This document shows positions 18,783-27,434 of a stretch of 32,000 nt of DNA, one piece after another. The DNA lies in contig CP149973.1 in assembly GCA_029269845.2 (NCBI GenBank), positions 660,001-692,000 of the forward strand. Direction: 5' to 3'. How positions within the stretch are numbered: the first letter of the stretch is position 1; each line of letters opens with the position of its first letter. A model generated the notes under the pieces. That model was not told the origin of the DNA and ran no database searches. It was given only the letters and a program-made list of their open reading frames with translations. Source of the DNA: Opitutia bacterium KCR 482. GTDB taxonomy: Bacteria; Verrucomicrobiota; Verrucomicrobiia; Opitutales; Intestinicryptomonadaceae. The position numbers and the translations under genes were made by a program.

Positions 18783-20621
18783 GTGAAGAACCTCGCCAAA
18801 GACGCCGTTTTGTTCGCGACCCTGCTTGCCGTCTATTTTGCGGGCAGGCTCGCGCTGCTTGCGGGCTTCAACGCAAACGGCGCGACGCCCTCGCCCGACT
18901 GGTTCGGAATGTCCCTGCGCTTCGACACGATGACCGCAGCCTACATTATACTGCCTACATTCGCGCTGACTCTCCTGGGGCTTGCGGCGGGCAAACGCGA
19001 TTTTGCGGCGAAAACAAAAGTGCGCTACGCCGCGCTCGCGACGGTCGTGTCCGCGCTGATTGCCGTAATCAACGTCTGCTTTTTCCGCGAGTACAAAAGC
19101 CAGTTCAACTACTGGGTCTTCGGAATTCTTTTCGACGACCGCCACGCGATTCTCGCCTCCATTTGGAAGGCGTATCCGGTGCTTACAATTTTCTTCGGGA
19201 CAATCGGCGTTTCGCTCGGCGCGCTTTTCGGGTTCGGAAAAATTTTCACTCTCATAGACAAGTCGAAAATAGAGGCGGGCTGGAAGACGAACATCGCCGC
19301 GACGGCTTTCGCGCTTTGCATAATAGTGCCCGCAATGCGCGGCTGGCGGGCGGACGGGCTGCGCATGCGCGACGTCGCGGTGGAACGCTCCGACTTCCTC
19401 AACGCGCTGATTCCCTCCTCCGCCTACTGCCTGCAAAACGAGATTTCTCGCTTCGCAAAATCGGCGCTTGCAGTCGGGCTTTCGGAGTTCAACGCCACAG
19501 AGGCGGACATTCCCGCGTTCCTGCGCGAAATTTTCGGCGCGGAAAACTTCGACGCCGCGCTTTGCCGCAGGGCGAAAGGCTCGCCGCTGAAATCGCTCCC
19601 CAAGCGGATTTTCCTTTTCGTTGGCGAAAGCCACTCGGCGTGGCCGACCTACGGCAAATTTTCAGAATACGGAATCATGCCCGAAACCCGCGCCCTCTAC
19701 GGGGAGTCGCTTTTCTGCCGCCGCGCGCTGTCGTCGGGCGGGGGCACAATGGCTTCGATGTCTTCGCTGATTAGCGGCATTCCGTACACGGGGCTTGACG
19801 TGCGCGGCATACGGCCGTCGCGCAACGACTGCGCCCCCGCCGCCATTCTCAAACGCCTCGGCTACACCTCGACTTTCTTCTACGCGGGGCAGACCTCGTG
19901 GATGCAGATTGGCGACTTCGCAAAATTCAACGGCTTCGACAACGCCGTCGGCGGCGACTCCATGGGCGGACACTACTCCGAAGCGGAATGGGGCGTGCGC
20001 GACGCCGAACTTGTAGATTTTCTGCTGAAAACCGACTTTCCGCCCTACTCTTTCAACATGGTTCTGAGCGTCTCGAACCACCCGCCCTACGACATCGACT
20101 TGAAAGCCGAGGGCTGTCCCCGCGAGCTGAAAAACGACGACGAAGTGCGCATGTACCACATGTGGTACGCCGACAGGGAAATCGGCAGGTTTGTCCGCGC
20201 CATAACCGAGAAATACCCCGACTCGCTCGTAATCATCACGGGCGACCACCCCTCGCGCAATTTTCCCCCCGACGCAAGCTACGCCGAAAAATCGGCAGTG
20301 CCCGTGATTTTTACGGGCAAAGCCGTCGCCGACGCTGGGCTTGCAAACCGCGAATGCAGCTCCGCCCAACACCTCGACATTATACCGACGCTCGTGGAAC
20401 TGCTCGCGCCCGAAGGCTTCGAATACAGGGCGTGGACTTCCCCGCTCGGCGGCCGCACAACGCCCGCAGTCAACCCGCAGTGCGCCGCGACCGACGCCGA
20501 CATCTTCGCGCTCGACTCGCCCGAATGCCCGCGCAAACTCGCCGACTACGCGCGCAAATACCTCGCGCTCGCATACTATTTTGCGGAGTCCGAGCCGCGC
20601 AAAAAATCCGAAAAGCGTTAA
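18783..20621 (+). CDS. LTA-synthase/OpgB-like phosphoglycerol transferase family protein (N-terminal polytopic membrane domain plus alkaline-phosphatase-superfamily domain)
   Basis: About 612 aa from the GTG at 18783, 4 nt after the dgkA stop. Five or so N-terminal TM helices. Catalytic-domain blocks are GGGTMASMSSLISGIP (Thr nucleophile context), SVSNHPPY and IITGDHPSR. The track start at 18621 would overlap dgkA by 158 nt. Confidence 0.8.
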   Translation: MKNLAKDAVLFATLLAVYFAGRLALLAGFNANGATPSPDWFGMSLRFDTMTAAYIILPTFALTLLGLAAGKRDFAAKTKVRYAALATVVSALIAVINVCFFREYKSQFNYWVFGILFDDRHAILASIWKAYPVLTIFFGTIGVSLGALFGFGKIFTLIDKSKIEAGWKTNIAATAFALCIIVPAMRGWRADGLRMRDVAVERSDFLNALIPSSAYCLQNEISRFAKSALAVGLSEFNATEADIPAFLREIFGAENFDAALCRRAKGSPLKSLPKRIFLFVGESHSAWPTYGKFSEYGIMPETRALYGESLFCRRALSSGGGTMASMSSLISGIPYTGLDVRGIRPSRNDCAPAAILKRLGYTSTFFYAGQTSWMQIGDFAKFNGFDNAVGGDSMGGHYSEAEWGVRDAELVDFLLKTDFPPYSFNMVLSVSNHPPYDIDLKAEGCPRELKNDDEVRMYHMWYADREIGRFVRAITEKYPDSLVIITGDHPSRNFPPDASYAEKSAVPVIFTGKAVADAGLANRECSSAQHLDIIPTLVELLAPEGFEYRAWTSPLGGRTTPAVNPQCAATDADIFALDSPECPRKLADYARKYLALAYYFAESEPRKKSEKR

Positions 20622-20651
20622 TTCGGCGGCGTCCGCTCCGATACCGTCGAT

Positions 20652-20966
20652 ATGGAAAAGGCAAAAAAATTCGAATTCGCAAAATGCGCCGCCTACGAAA
20701 GCGGCGGAATCGTCAGCAAAACCGTAATCGAAAACGGCGGCGGAAACGTGTCGCTCTTCGCGTTCGCAAAGGGTCAGGGGCTTAGCGAGCACAGCGCGCC
20801 GTTCGACGCGCTCGTGCAGATAATTGAAGGCGAAGCTGAAATAAAAATCGGCGGCGTAGCGCAAAAGCTCTCTGCGGGGGAATCGGTCATAATGCCCGCA
20901 AACGTTCCGCACGCGCTTTCGGCAACGCAGAATTTCAAAATGCTGCTTACGATGATTCGCAAGTAG
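20652..20966 (+). CDS. Cupin-domain protein
   Basis: 104 aa. Cupin motif 1-like GLSEHSAPFDALVQIIEGE and motif 2-like GESVIMPANVPHAL. Confidence 0.75.
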   Translation: MEKAKKFEFAKCAAYESGGIVSKTVIENGGGNVSLFAFAKGQGLSEHSAPFDALVQIIEGEAEIKIGGVAQKLSAGESVIMPANVPHALSATQNFKMLLTMIRK

Positions 20967-21055
20967 CCGCCCGACAAAAACGCGCAACGCCGCCCGCGAC
21001 GCTACGGAAAGCCCACGGCTTTGGGGATTTCGGGCAACGCGCAAAATTCGGGCGC

Positions 21056-21114
21056 AAAAAAGCCCGCCGAAGTTGAACTCACCCCGTGGGGGCTGTCGCT
21101 CTAATCGGCGGGCT
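21056..21114 (-). terminator. Terminator of the tatA-ending operon; 10-bp GC stem with an unusually large 34-nt loop
   Basis: Stem agcccgccga (21061-21070) pairs with tcggcgggct (21105-21114). On the minus strand it is followed by T6 (complement of 21056-21061). It lies 60 nt after the tatA stop and between convergent genes. Confidence 0.6.
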
Positions 21115-21173
21115 TAAAAATTTAAAAACCGACTTGATTTCCGCGCGGGACACGCCCCGCAAAAATCGCCGCG

Positions 21174-21443
21174 CTATTCGGTTTTGTCGCCGTCTTTAAC
21201 GGAAGTTTCGGACTCGACAGGCTGCGACTTCTTGACGTCAACCTTCTTGACCTCCTCTTCCTTCATGGCTTCGCGGATATTGTCTTCGACTTCGCTTGTG
21301 GCCTTCTTGAATTCGCGAATCGACTTCCCCAAACCCTTTGCGAGTTCGGGGAGGCGTTTCGCCCCGAACAAAAGAAGGATTGCGAGGAAGATGACTACCC
21401 ATTCGGAGCCGCCGGGCATACCAAACATCAGTATGTTATTCAT
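21174..21443 (-). CDS. tatA: Twin-arginine translocase subunit TatA/E
   Basis: TM helix, FG hinge and amphipathic helix: WVVIFLAILLLFGAKRLPELAKGLGKSIREFKKA, with an acidic tail. The start is ambiguous: the track uses a TTG at 21455, and in-frame ATGs lie at 21443, 21428 (MFGMPGG, the most TatA-like) and 21419. Confidence 0.85.
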   Translation of the reverse strand: MNNILMFGMPGGSEWVVIFLAILLLFGAKRLPELAKGLGKSIREFKKATSEVEDNIREAMKEEEVKKVDVKKSQPVESETSVKDGDKTE

Positions 21444-21484
21444 AAGATTTTTCAATTTATTTTCGGGCGCGGGCGAGTCAAGCG

Positions 21485-22864
21485 TTATTTTGCCGCCGTC
21501 CGCCTAATTTCGTACTTGTGCGGCTTCGGCTGCGCCTCCTTGTAGATTTTTGCGAGCTGTTCGCGGGTCTTGGCGAGCATTTCCGCCTGTTTGGGCTTCA
21601 TATTCTTGTAGTTTTCGGCGCACTTTCTGATGTAGGGGTGTTTGTACTTGAAATTGCCCTTCAAGAGCGACTCCACTTTCGCGATTTGCTCTTCGGGGCT
21701 TGCGATGTCGTCCAAGTGCTGCCACATTTCGGTTGCGTTGATTTCGCGGAGAGTGCCGAAAGTTTTGCGGAACTCGTCTGCGGCGGCGGAAACGCGCAGG
21801 CTCTGCGCGCGCTGCGGGGTGTTTTTGTTGTTGCCCAAATCGACGCCCGAATCGAGCGCGGCGGCGGAGTACTCGCCTACCCTTTTGCCGTCGATTAGAA
21901 GCTCGTAGCCGCCCGCGGGAAGCCCCGCGACTTTCACAATCTGCCTGTTGTAGGCGTCGAGAAATTTTACATACTTGTCGGCAAACTCGGAATCCTTGTC
22001 GACCGCAAACGGCAGGGAGTGCTCGGAAAGCGTGAATTTGACGGAGTCCGCGCCGCACTCCAAATCGGAGACTTCGCAGTTGAAGTTTTCCGAAACCGAC
22101 TTTTTCGACAAATCGACTGCAACGCGCGAAACTGTGTCGGACTCGCCGAGCGTGCGCACGAAATTCGCAGCCATCACGAAATTCCCGAACGCCTGCGGGT
22201 GAACCCTGTCTTTGCCCGATACCGATTTTTCGGGGAAGTCGCGCTGAAGCTCGGCGTTGATTTTCATCATGTAGCCATGCATATCGACGAGTTTGAGCCC
22301 GCGCCTTTTTGCCTCCTCCGAAATGCACTTAGAGAACTCGCGAAGCTCGCCGTTTTTGCCGACGGTCGGGGGCGTTTCAAGCTTGGCGGTCTCGTCGTAG
22401 GGCGACGGCGTGAAGAGGATTACCCCGCATTTCGCCGCCGCGAATTTGTCGAGAATTTCGGAAAGGTTTTTGCGGTACGCAAGCCTGTTGTTTTCAACCG
22501 CCTTTGCGCGGGCGGCGTTCATGTCGGGCTTTGCGTAGACGTTGCAGTTGTTCATGCCAATCATGAGCGTTGCGGCGGCGGGTTTAAGCGCAAGAATGTC
22601 CGACTTCATTCGCTTGTTGACGTGCTTGACGGTGTCGCCGCTGATTCCCAGATTGTAGAAATCCAAAAAATCCTCCGGATAGCGCGTGGCGTAGAAAAGC
22701 GTAATGTTGCGCATGTAGCCGCCGCCGTGCGTAATGCTGTCGCCCACATAGCAGACAGTCCCGCCCGACGGGAACGCCCTGGGAGATATGTCCTTTGCGG
22801 CGAAAACCGAAGCCGCCGCGGAGAAACAGATAGCCGAGATGTATATTATTTTCAATGTTTTCAT
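21485..22864 (-). CDS. Secreted SGNH/GDSL-family hydrolase with a C-terminal domain of unknown function
   Basis: 459 aa. Signal peptide MKTLKIIYISAICFSAAASVFA. SGNH blocks GDSITHGG, GISGD, IGMNN and DRVHP. The C-terminal ~220 aa have no motif I recognise. Confidence 0.8.
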   Translation of the reverse strand: MKTLKIIYISAICFSAAASVFAAKDISPRAFPSGGTVCYVGDSITHGGGYMRNITLFYATRYPEDFLDFYNLGISGDTVKHVNKRMKSDILALKPAAATLMIGMNNCNVYAKPDMNAARAKAVENNRLAYRKNLSEILDKFAAAKCGVILFTPSPYDETAKLETPPTVGKNGELREFSKCISEEAKRRGLKLVDMHGYMMKINAELQRDFPEKSVSGKDRVHPQAFGNFVMAANFVRTLGESDTVSRVAVDLSKKSVSENFNCEVSDLECGADSVKFTLSEHSLPFAVDKDSEFADKYVKFLDAYNRQIVKVAGLPAGGYELLIDGKRVGEYSAAALDSGVDLGNNKNTPQRAQSLRVSAAADEFRKTFGTLREINATEMWQHLDDIASPEEQIAKVESLLKGNFKYKHPYIRKCAENYKNMKPKQAEMLAKTREQLAKIYKEAQPKPHKYEIRRTAAK

Positions 22865-22902
22865 GATGTTTTTCGGTGTTTTTTTGCTTTTGATAAAAAA
22901 TG

Positions 22903-24474
22903 TCAGTCGCGCATAAGGCGCATTATTTCGGCGGAAACCGCGCGGGCGTTTTTGAAGTCGGAAAGGAACTCCGCCCGCGCCTTTTCGAATGCCTCGGAAT
23001 CGCGCTCCGCCGCCGCCTCGTAGATTTTGCCGAGCGACACGAGCGAATTGTGGTAGACGGGGTTTATGTTCGCAAACGCCACCTTTATTTCGAGCGCGCG
23101 GAGTTTCAGCGCGTCGACGTCCGAGACATTCATGAGCGCGTCGAGCGGCACGCCCGTCCTGCCGTCGGGAGAGTCAACCTGCAAGACGGCAAGCCGCGCG
23201 ATTTCCTCCGCCGAGCGCGCTGGCGACATTACCCCGCCTAGACGCGCGTAGATTTCGCCCGCCAAAACGCAGCGCCACCACAGCCCGAAATCCGCCGACG
23301 GCGGCGCGTATTTGCGCAGGCGCGATTCAAGCTTTTGCGGAGTTTCTCCCGCGAGCGCGGCGTACGCAAAGCGCGCGGCGTCGCCCTTTGCCGTCCGCAT
23401 TGCCGAAATGAAAGTCCAGTACGGGTGCGAAAGCGACTTTTCCGAAACGCCGTCCATTTCGAAAACCCGCGCGGGCATGGACGGCGGATTTTTTGCGCCG
23501 CGCTCCGCCATTTCGACGGGCACGCCGTAGCGCAGCGTCTGCTCGAAGAGGTCGGACATCGCCCTTTTGAGCCAGAACGGGACGCGCCGAACGGCAGCCT
23601 CTCCGCCCGATTCGAACGCTATTTTATACAAAAGCCCCTCGGCGACCGCCGACGCGAAATTTTCGAGCCGCAGATTTTTTCCCCAGCCGAACGTCAAAAC
23701 GACGTCGCCGTTTTTCGACACCGAAACCCGCGCGGGAGTGTCCGTCTTTTTGCCCGTAAACTGCAAATCGACCTTTCTTGCAAGCGACAGTTTTCCGTCG
23801 GCGTTTGCGAAGTACGCGTCGAAAAGTTTTTCGCCTCTCCGCGCGGCGCGTATCGCAAACGAATGCGCGGAATAGTCGTCGGAAACAATCGCGAACAGGC
23901 GTCCGTCGTATGAATAGAGGCGCGGTTCGTCGGTCTTTTTTTTGGCAAGCTCGGCCGCGCGTTTCACGTCGTCGTCGCCGTCGCCCAAACGCCCCGCATA
24001 GTAGCCGTTGACGAATCCCTTGTCGGTATCGACCACATGTTTTGCGCGGGACTTGTCGGGGGCGGTCTGGGGTTGTTTTTCAGTCGGCTGAGTTTTTCCG
24101 TCGGAAGCCTGCGCAACAGCCGCAGTCGGCGCGGGAGCGGCTTGCGATTTATCCGAGAGTTGCGCGTCCGCCTTTGCCGCGGTTTCTTCCGAAGCTTGCG
24201 GCGCGGAAGTTTGCGCGGGCTGGTCGTCGTCGGGCGCGGACATATCGACCGCCAGCGAAATGTCTTCCGAGCGCATCGACGCGCGGAATTTTGCAAGCTC
24301 CGCGTTGAAGTCGAAATTGCCGTTTACCACGCGCCCGCTTTCGGCCTTGCCCTCGGCAGCCTCGTCCGCCATGCGTCGGGCGAGCGCGATTTTTTCGGCA
24401 AGGCTTACGGGGGCGTCGGAATGCGCAAACTGGAACGCGACAAGAAGCGCGCAGACAAAAAACGCCCTTTTCAT
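22903..24474 (-). CDS. Secreted hypothetical protein with a Q/A/P/D-rich low-complexity linker
   Basis: 523 aa. Signal peptide MKRAFFVCALLVAFQFAHS. Low-complexity segment APDDDQPAQTSAPQASEETAAKADAQ...KQPQTAPDK. The ATG overlaps the upstream stop (ATGA at 24471-24474). Codon usage and amino-acid composition resemble the confirmed genes. No recognisable family. Confidence 0.6.
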   Translation of the reverse strand: MKRAFFVCALLVAFQFAHSDAPVSLAEKIALARRMADEAAEGKAESGRVVNGNFDFNAELAKFRASMRSEDISLAVDMSAPDDDQPAQTSAPQASEETAAKADAQLSDKSQAAPAPTAAVAQASDGKTQPTEKQPQTAPDKSRAKHVVDTDKGFVNGYYAGRLGDGDDDVKRAAELAKKKTDEPRLYSYDGRLFAIVSDDYSAHSFAIRAARRGEKLFDAYFANADGKLSLARKVDLQFTGKKTDTPARVSVSKNGDVVLTFGWGKNLRLENFASAVAEGLLYKIAFESGGEAAVRRVPFWLKRAMSDLFEQTLRYGVPVEMAERGAKNPPSMPARVFEMDGVSEKSLSHPYWTFISAMRTAKGDAARFAYAALAGETPQKLESRLRKYAPPSADFGLWWRCVLAGEIYARLGGVMSPARSAEEIARLAVLQVDSPDGRTGVPLDALMNVSDVDALKLRALEIKVAFANINPVYHNSLVSLGKIYEAAAERDSEAFEKARAEFLSDFKNARAVSAEIMRLMRD

Positions 24475-25052
24475 TTTTCAAGCACCGCCGTTCCGCCGTC
24501 CACCCGCGCGGACATTTTTCCGAAAGCCGCAAAATACGCGTCGAGCGGTTTGAGCGGCTTGTACATTTCAAGGAGAGCGTCGGCGAGCCAGCCCGCCGCA
24601 AAGCGCGGAAGTTTTGCCTTTCCGACCGACGCCGACGCCACGCGCAACCCGCCGTCGAAATCCAGCCCGATGTTGGCGCGGACAACAAAAACCCTGCCAG
24701 CAAGCGACGCCGCAAACGGAACGCCGAGCACTATTTTTCCGTCGCGAAAATCCGCGCTCGGGGCGGCTGGGTAGGAAATCTGGCGTTTCAAGCCGCGCGA
24801 AGTCTCCCGCGCGGCGGATTCGAGAATGTACGCAAGCCCGCCCTCCAATTCCGACGCCGAAAACCCCGCGGATTTTTCGTCGGAAGCTACGAAGTCGGCG
24901 AGCTTTTGCGACGAAGCCGGCGCGGCTCGGAAGCCGCCGTCCGACAGCGCGAGAACCCCGAACGCCGCGAGCCCGCCGAAGCCCGCGTAGAGCGCGAATG
25001 TCGCGGCAAACCCCGCGAGCGAAAAAAACGCGAACGAAAAAAACCTCCGCAT
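24471..25052 (-). CDS. Membrane-anchored hypothetical protein
   Basis: 193 aa. N-terminal hydrophobic segment FFSFAFFSLAGFAATFALYAGFGGLAAFGVLAL. It starts 7 nt after the upstream stop and is translationally coupled to the downstream gene. Confidence 0.55.
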   Translation of the reverse strand: MRRFFSFAFFSLAGFAATFALYAGFGGLAAFGVLALSDGGFRAAPASSQKLADFVASDEKSAGFSASELEGGLAYILESAARETSRGLKRQISYPAAPSADFRDGKIVLGVPFAASLAGRVFVVRANIGLDFDGGLRVASASVGKAKLPRFAAGWLADALLEMYKPLKPLDAYFAAFGKMSARVDGGTAVLEK

Positions 25053-25059
25053 ATTCCGC

Positions 25060-26982
25060 CTATTTTGCGTATTTCGAAGCCGTGCGCTCTATGCCCATGC
25101 GGCACGGGCGCGACGCGGGGAAAATCTCCTGCGCGGCGAGGTAATAGTTGAGGGCGACGGGAAAATCGCCCGCAAGCTCCGCCTTTTTCGCGGCGGCGAG
25201 CATTTTAACGTAGTCGGAAACTTCGGGCGCGAGCGCGGCGACGGCAAGCGCCAGCTTCGGGTCTTTCGGCTCTATTTCGCGGGCGTTTTCGAGAATGTCC
25301 CACGCAAAATATTTGTTCCCCTGTTTTTCGAACTCCTCAGCCTGAGCCATCAGCGCATCTACTTGCGAAATCTTAACGGCTACCCCGCGCAGTTTGCCCG
25401 ACCTGTCGGCGTCGTTGCGCAGGGCTATTGCGTATTCGGGGGCTTCGGCGGCTATTTCGCGGAACGAGCCGCGGGCGAAAAGCTCGTCGAATTTCTCCGC
25501 GTATCTGGAAGCTCCCGAAGCAAGCCCCACCAAGTCGGAATTGAATTCGGCAATCGAGGGGTTCAGCGGCCACGCCTCCATTGCGGCGGCGAGCGACTTC
25601 TTCACGTCGTCGATTTTTCCGAGAGCCGCCGCCTGCTTTGCCGCCATGACGTGCATTTCGCTGATTCGCTCGGCGGCGCGGACTTTCGCGAGGGTCTCCT
25701 TCGAGGGGAAGTCGGGCGCGAGGGTCTCGAAGCCTTCGAGGATTTTCTCGATTGCGCCCCAGTCGCGCGAGTCCGCAAGGCTTTTGAGCGCGGAGACGTC
25801 GCGGTAGATTTTGTGGAGAGTCTTGCGTTTTTCGAACGGGAACGTCGCCATGACGGGGTCGTACTCGCCGATTGCGAAAGTCTCCATGAGGCGTTCGAGC
25901 GCGCCGTACCTTTCGCCGCCGTCGTAGAGGGCGTTCACCGCCGCCATGCCGTCGCGTATGTCCTTGCGGGCTTCGGTCGCGACGTTTTCGAAAGTGTCCA
26001 CAACGGGCACGAAATTCGACACGGGGAAAAGCTCCTTAATCTGCTCGTCGCCAACTTTCATTTCCTGCACGTTTCCGCGGTAGATGTGGCGGTAGAACAT
26101 CGACGCAATCTGCGCCTGCTGGAATTTGCGCTCGAGCACGAACGCGAAAAGTTGCGACTGGAATTGGAGCACCGCCTTCGCGGCGGTCGCCTCCCTGAAC
26201 GTCTTTTTGACGGCAAGCTCCGCCACTTCCTCCTGCAATTTCTGCACCCTGTACCCCAAGTCGGCGGTGCCCTCGGTGCGCGGACTGAGGTTTTTCTTGC
26301 GCGAGTTGCCCTTCAAGATTTTGTCGTTTGCGTATTCGAGAAATTCGGCGCGCTCCTTTGCGGCGGTCTGCGCGGAATCCACCGACTTGCGCTGGTTGTT
26401 CTCGCCGATTTTCGCGACTTCGTATTCGTCGCGCATTCTCCACGAGAGGTAGACGAGGTTTGCAATCGTAAGCGACGAACGCCCGTCCACGTCGTATTCG
26501 GCGGCGTCGAAGAGCCTGCTCCAGCACGCGCGAACCGCCTCTTCGGGCAGGGCGTCGTTGGAAGCCGAAAGGCGCGTGTAGATTTCGGAGAGTATCGACT
26601 GGTACTTTTCGAAATTCTGAGCGTCTACGGGCGTCGAGAGATAGCGTTCAAAGCGCGCGCGCACCATGCGCGAATTGCCCACGTTGAAGGTCTTTCCCTT
26701 CCAGTTGAGCGTGCCGTTTTCGAAGTCGAAGGAATCCTTTTCTGTGTCGAAGAGTTTGTCCGCCATGCGCTCGGTCGTCGCGCTTTCGAAGAATCCGCCC
26801 GTCGGGGCGTTCGCGCTGACGCCCGCCTGCCGGGGAGTCGCCGCAGGAATGCTCTGGCTTTGCGCCGCATTTCCCGCCGCCCGATTCGCCGCGTTCTGGT
26901 TGTACAGCCACTGCGCCCCCTGCGGATACGCCGCAGACGCCGCCGCGACTACCGCCGCCGTTGTGATGAAAAATTTTGCCAT
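25060..26982 (-). CDS. Secreted, predominantly alpha-helical hypothetical protein (TPR-like C-terminus)
   Basis: 640 aa. N-terminus MAKFFITTAAVVAAASAAYPQGA. Strong GGAGGG SD. The C-terminal region (GNKYFAWDILENAREIEPKDPKLA...GDFPVALNYYLAAQEIFP) looks like TPR/helical repeats. No family recognised. Confidence 0.6.
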   Translation of the reverse strand: MAKFFITTAAVVAAASAAYPQGAQWLYNQNAANRAAGNAAQSQSIPAATPRQAGVSANAPTGGFFESATTERMADKLFDTEKDSFDFENGTLNWKGKTFNVGNSRMVRARFERYLSTPVDAQNFEKYQSILSEIYTRLSASNDALPEEAVRACWSRLFDAAEYDVDGRSSLTIANLVYLSWRMRDEYEVAKIGENNQRKSVDSAQTAAKERAEFLEYANDKILKGNSRKKNLSPRTEGTADLGYRVQKLQEEVAELAVKKTFREATAAKAVLQFQSQLFAFVLERKFQQAQIASMFYRHIYRGNVQEMKVGDEQIKELFPVSNFVPVVDTFENVATEARKDIRDGMAAVNALYDGGERYGALERLMETFAIGEYDPVMATFPFEKRKTLHKIYRDVSALKSLADSRDWGAIEKILEGFETLAPDFPSKETLAKVRAAERISEMHVMAAKQAAALGKIDDVKKSLAAAMEAWPLNPSIAEFNSDLVGLASGASRYAEKFDELFARGSFREIAAEAPEYAIALRNDADRSGKLRGVAVKISQVDALMAQAEEFEKQGNKYFAWDILENAREIEPKDPKLALAVAALAPEVSDYVKMLAAAKKAELAGDFPVALNYYLAAQEIFPASRPCRMGIERTASKYAK

Positions 26983-26992
26983 ACCGCCCTCC

Positions 26993-27364
26993 TCAATATT
27001 TTTTCATGGATTTCACCACGACCGCGCCGTCGGAAAGGACTTCGACGGACATGTCGTAGCGCTGTTTTGTCCTGACCTCCGCGCCGAGCGAGTCGGGGAC
27101 GAGAACCGCAAGCTTCGCCCCGCACCCGTCCGAGACCGACACCACGCGCCCCCGCGACGGAATTTTCGCAAGCTGCATTTCCATCTCCGCAGCGAGCGTG
27201 TATGTGTTGCCCGCCAGATTTTTGGGCGACTCCAAATACTGCGCGTACGGAAATTCCGCGAATCCCGCGGAGCTTTTCTTGAAATATACCAGCGCAAGCG
27301 CGACCGCCACCGACACGAGCGGTATCAGTATTGCGATTATTATCGGCGTTGTTTTGTTTTTCAT
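26993..27364 (-). CDS. Small N-terminally anchored hypothetical protein
   Basis: 123 aa. TM anchor PIIIAILIPLVSVAVALALVYF followed by a roughly 90-aa extracytoplasmic domain. It ends 10 nt before the next gene. Confidence 0.55.
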   Translation of the reverse strand: MKNKTTPIIIAILIPLVSVAVALALVYFKKSSAGFAEFPYAQYLESPKNLAGNTYTLAAEMEMQLAKIPSRGRVVSVSDGCGAKLAVLVPDSLGAEVRTKQRYDMSVEVLSDGAVVVKSMKKY

Positions 27365-27434
27365 ATTCGTGATTTTTGCGCGGCGGCGCGTCCGCCGTGT
27401 TTATGATGTAATTTTCAGGAAAAACGCGCGGCTT

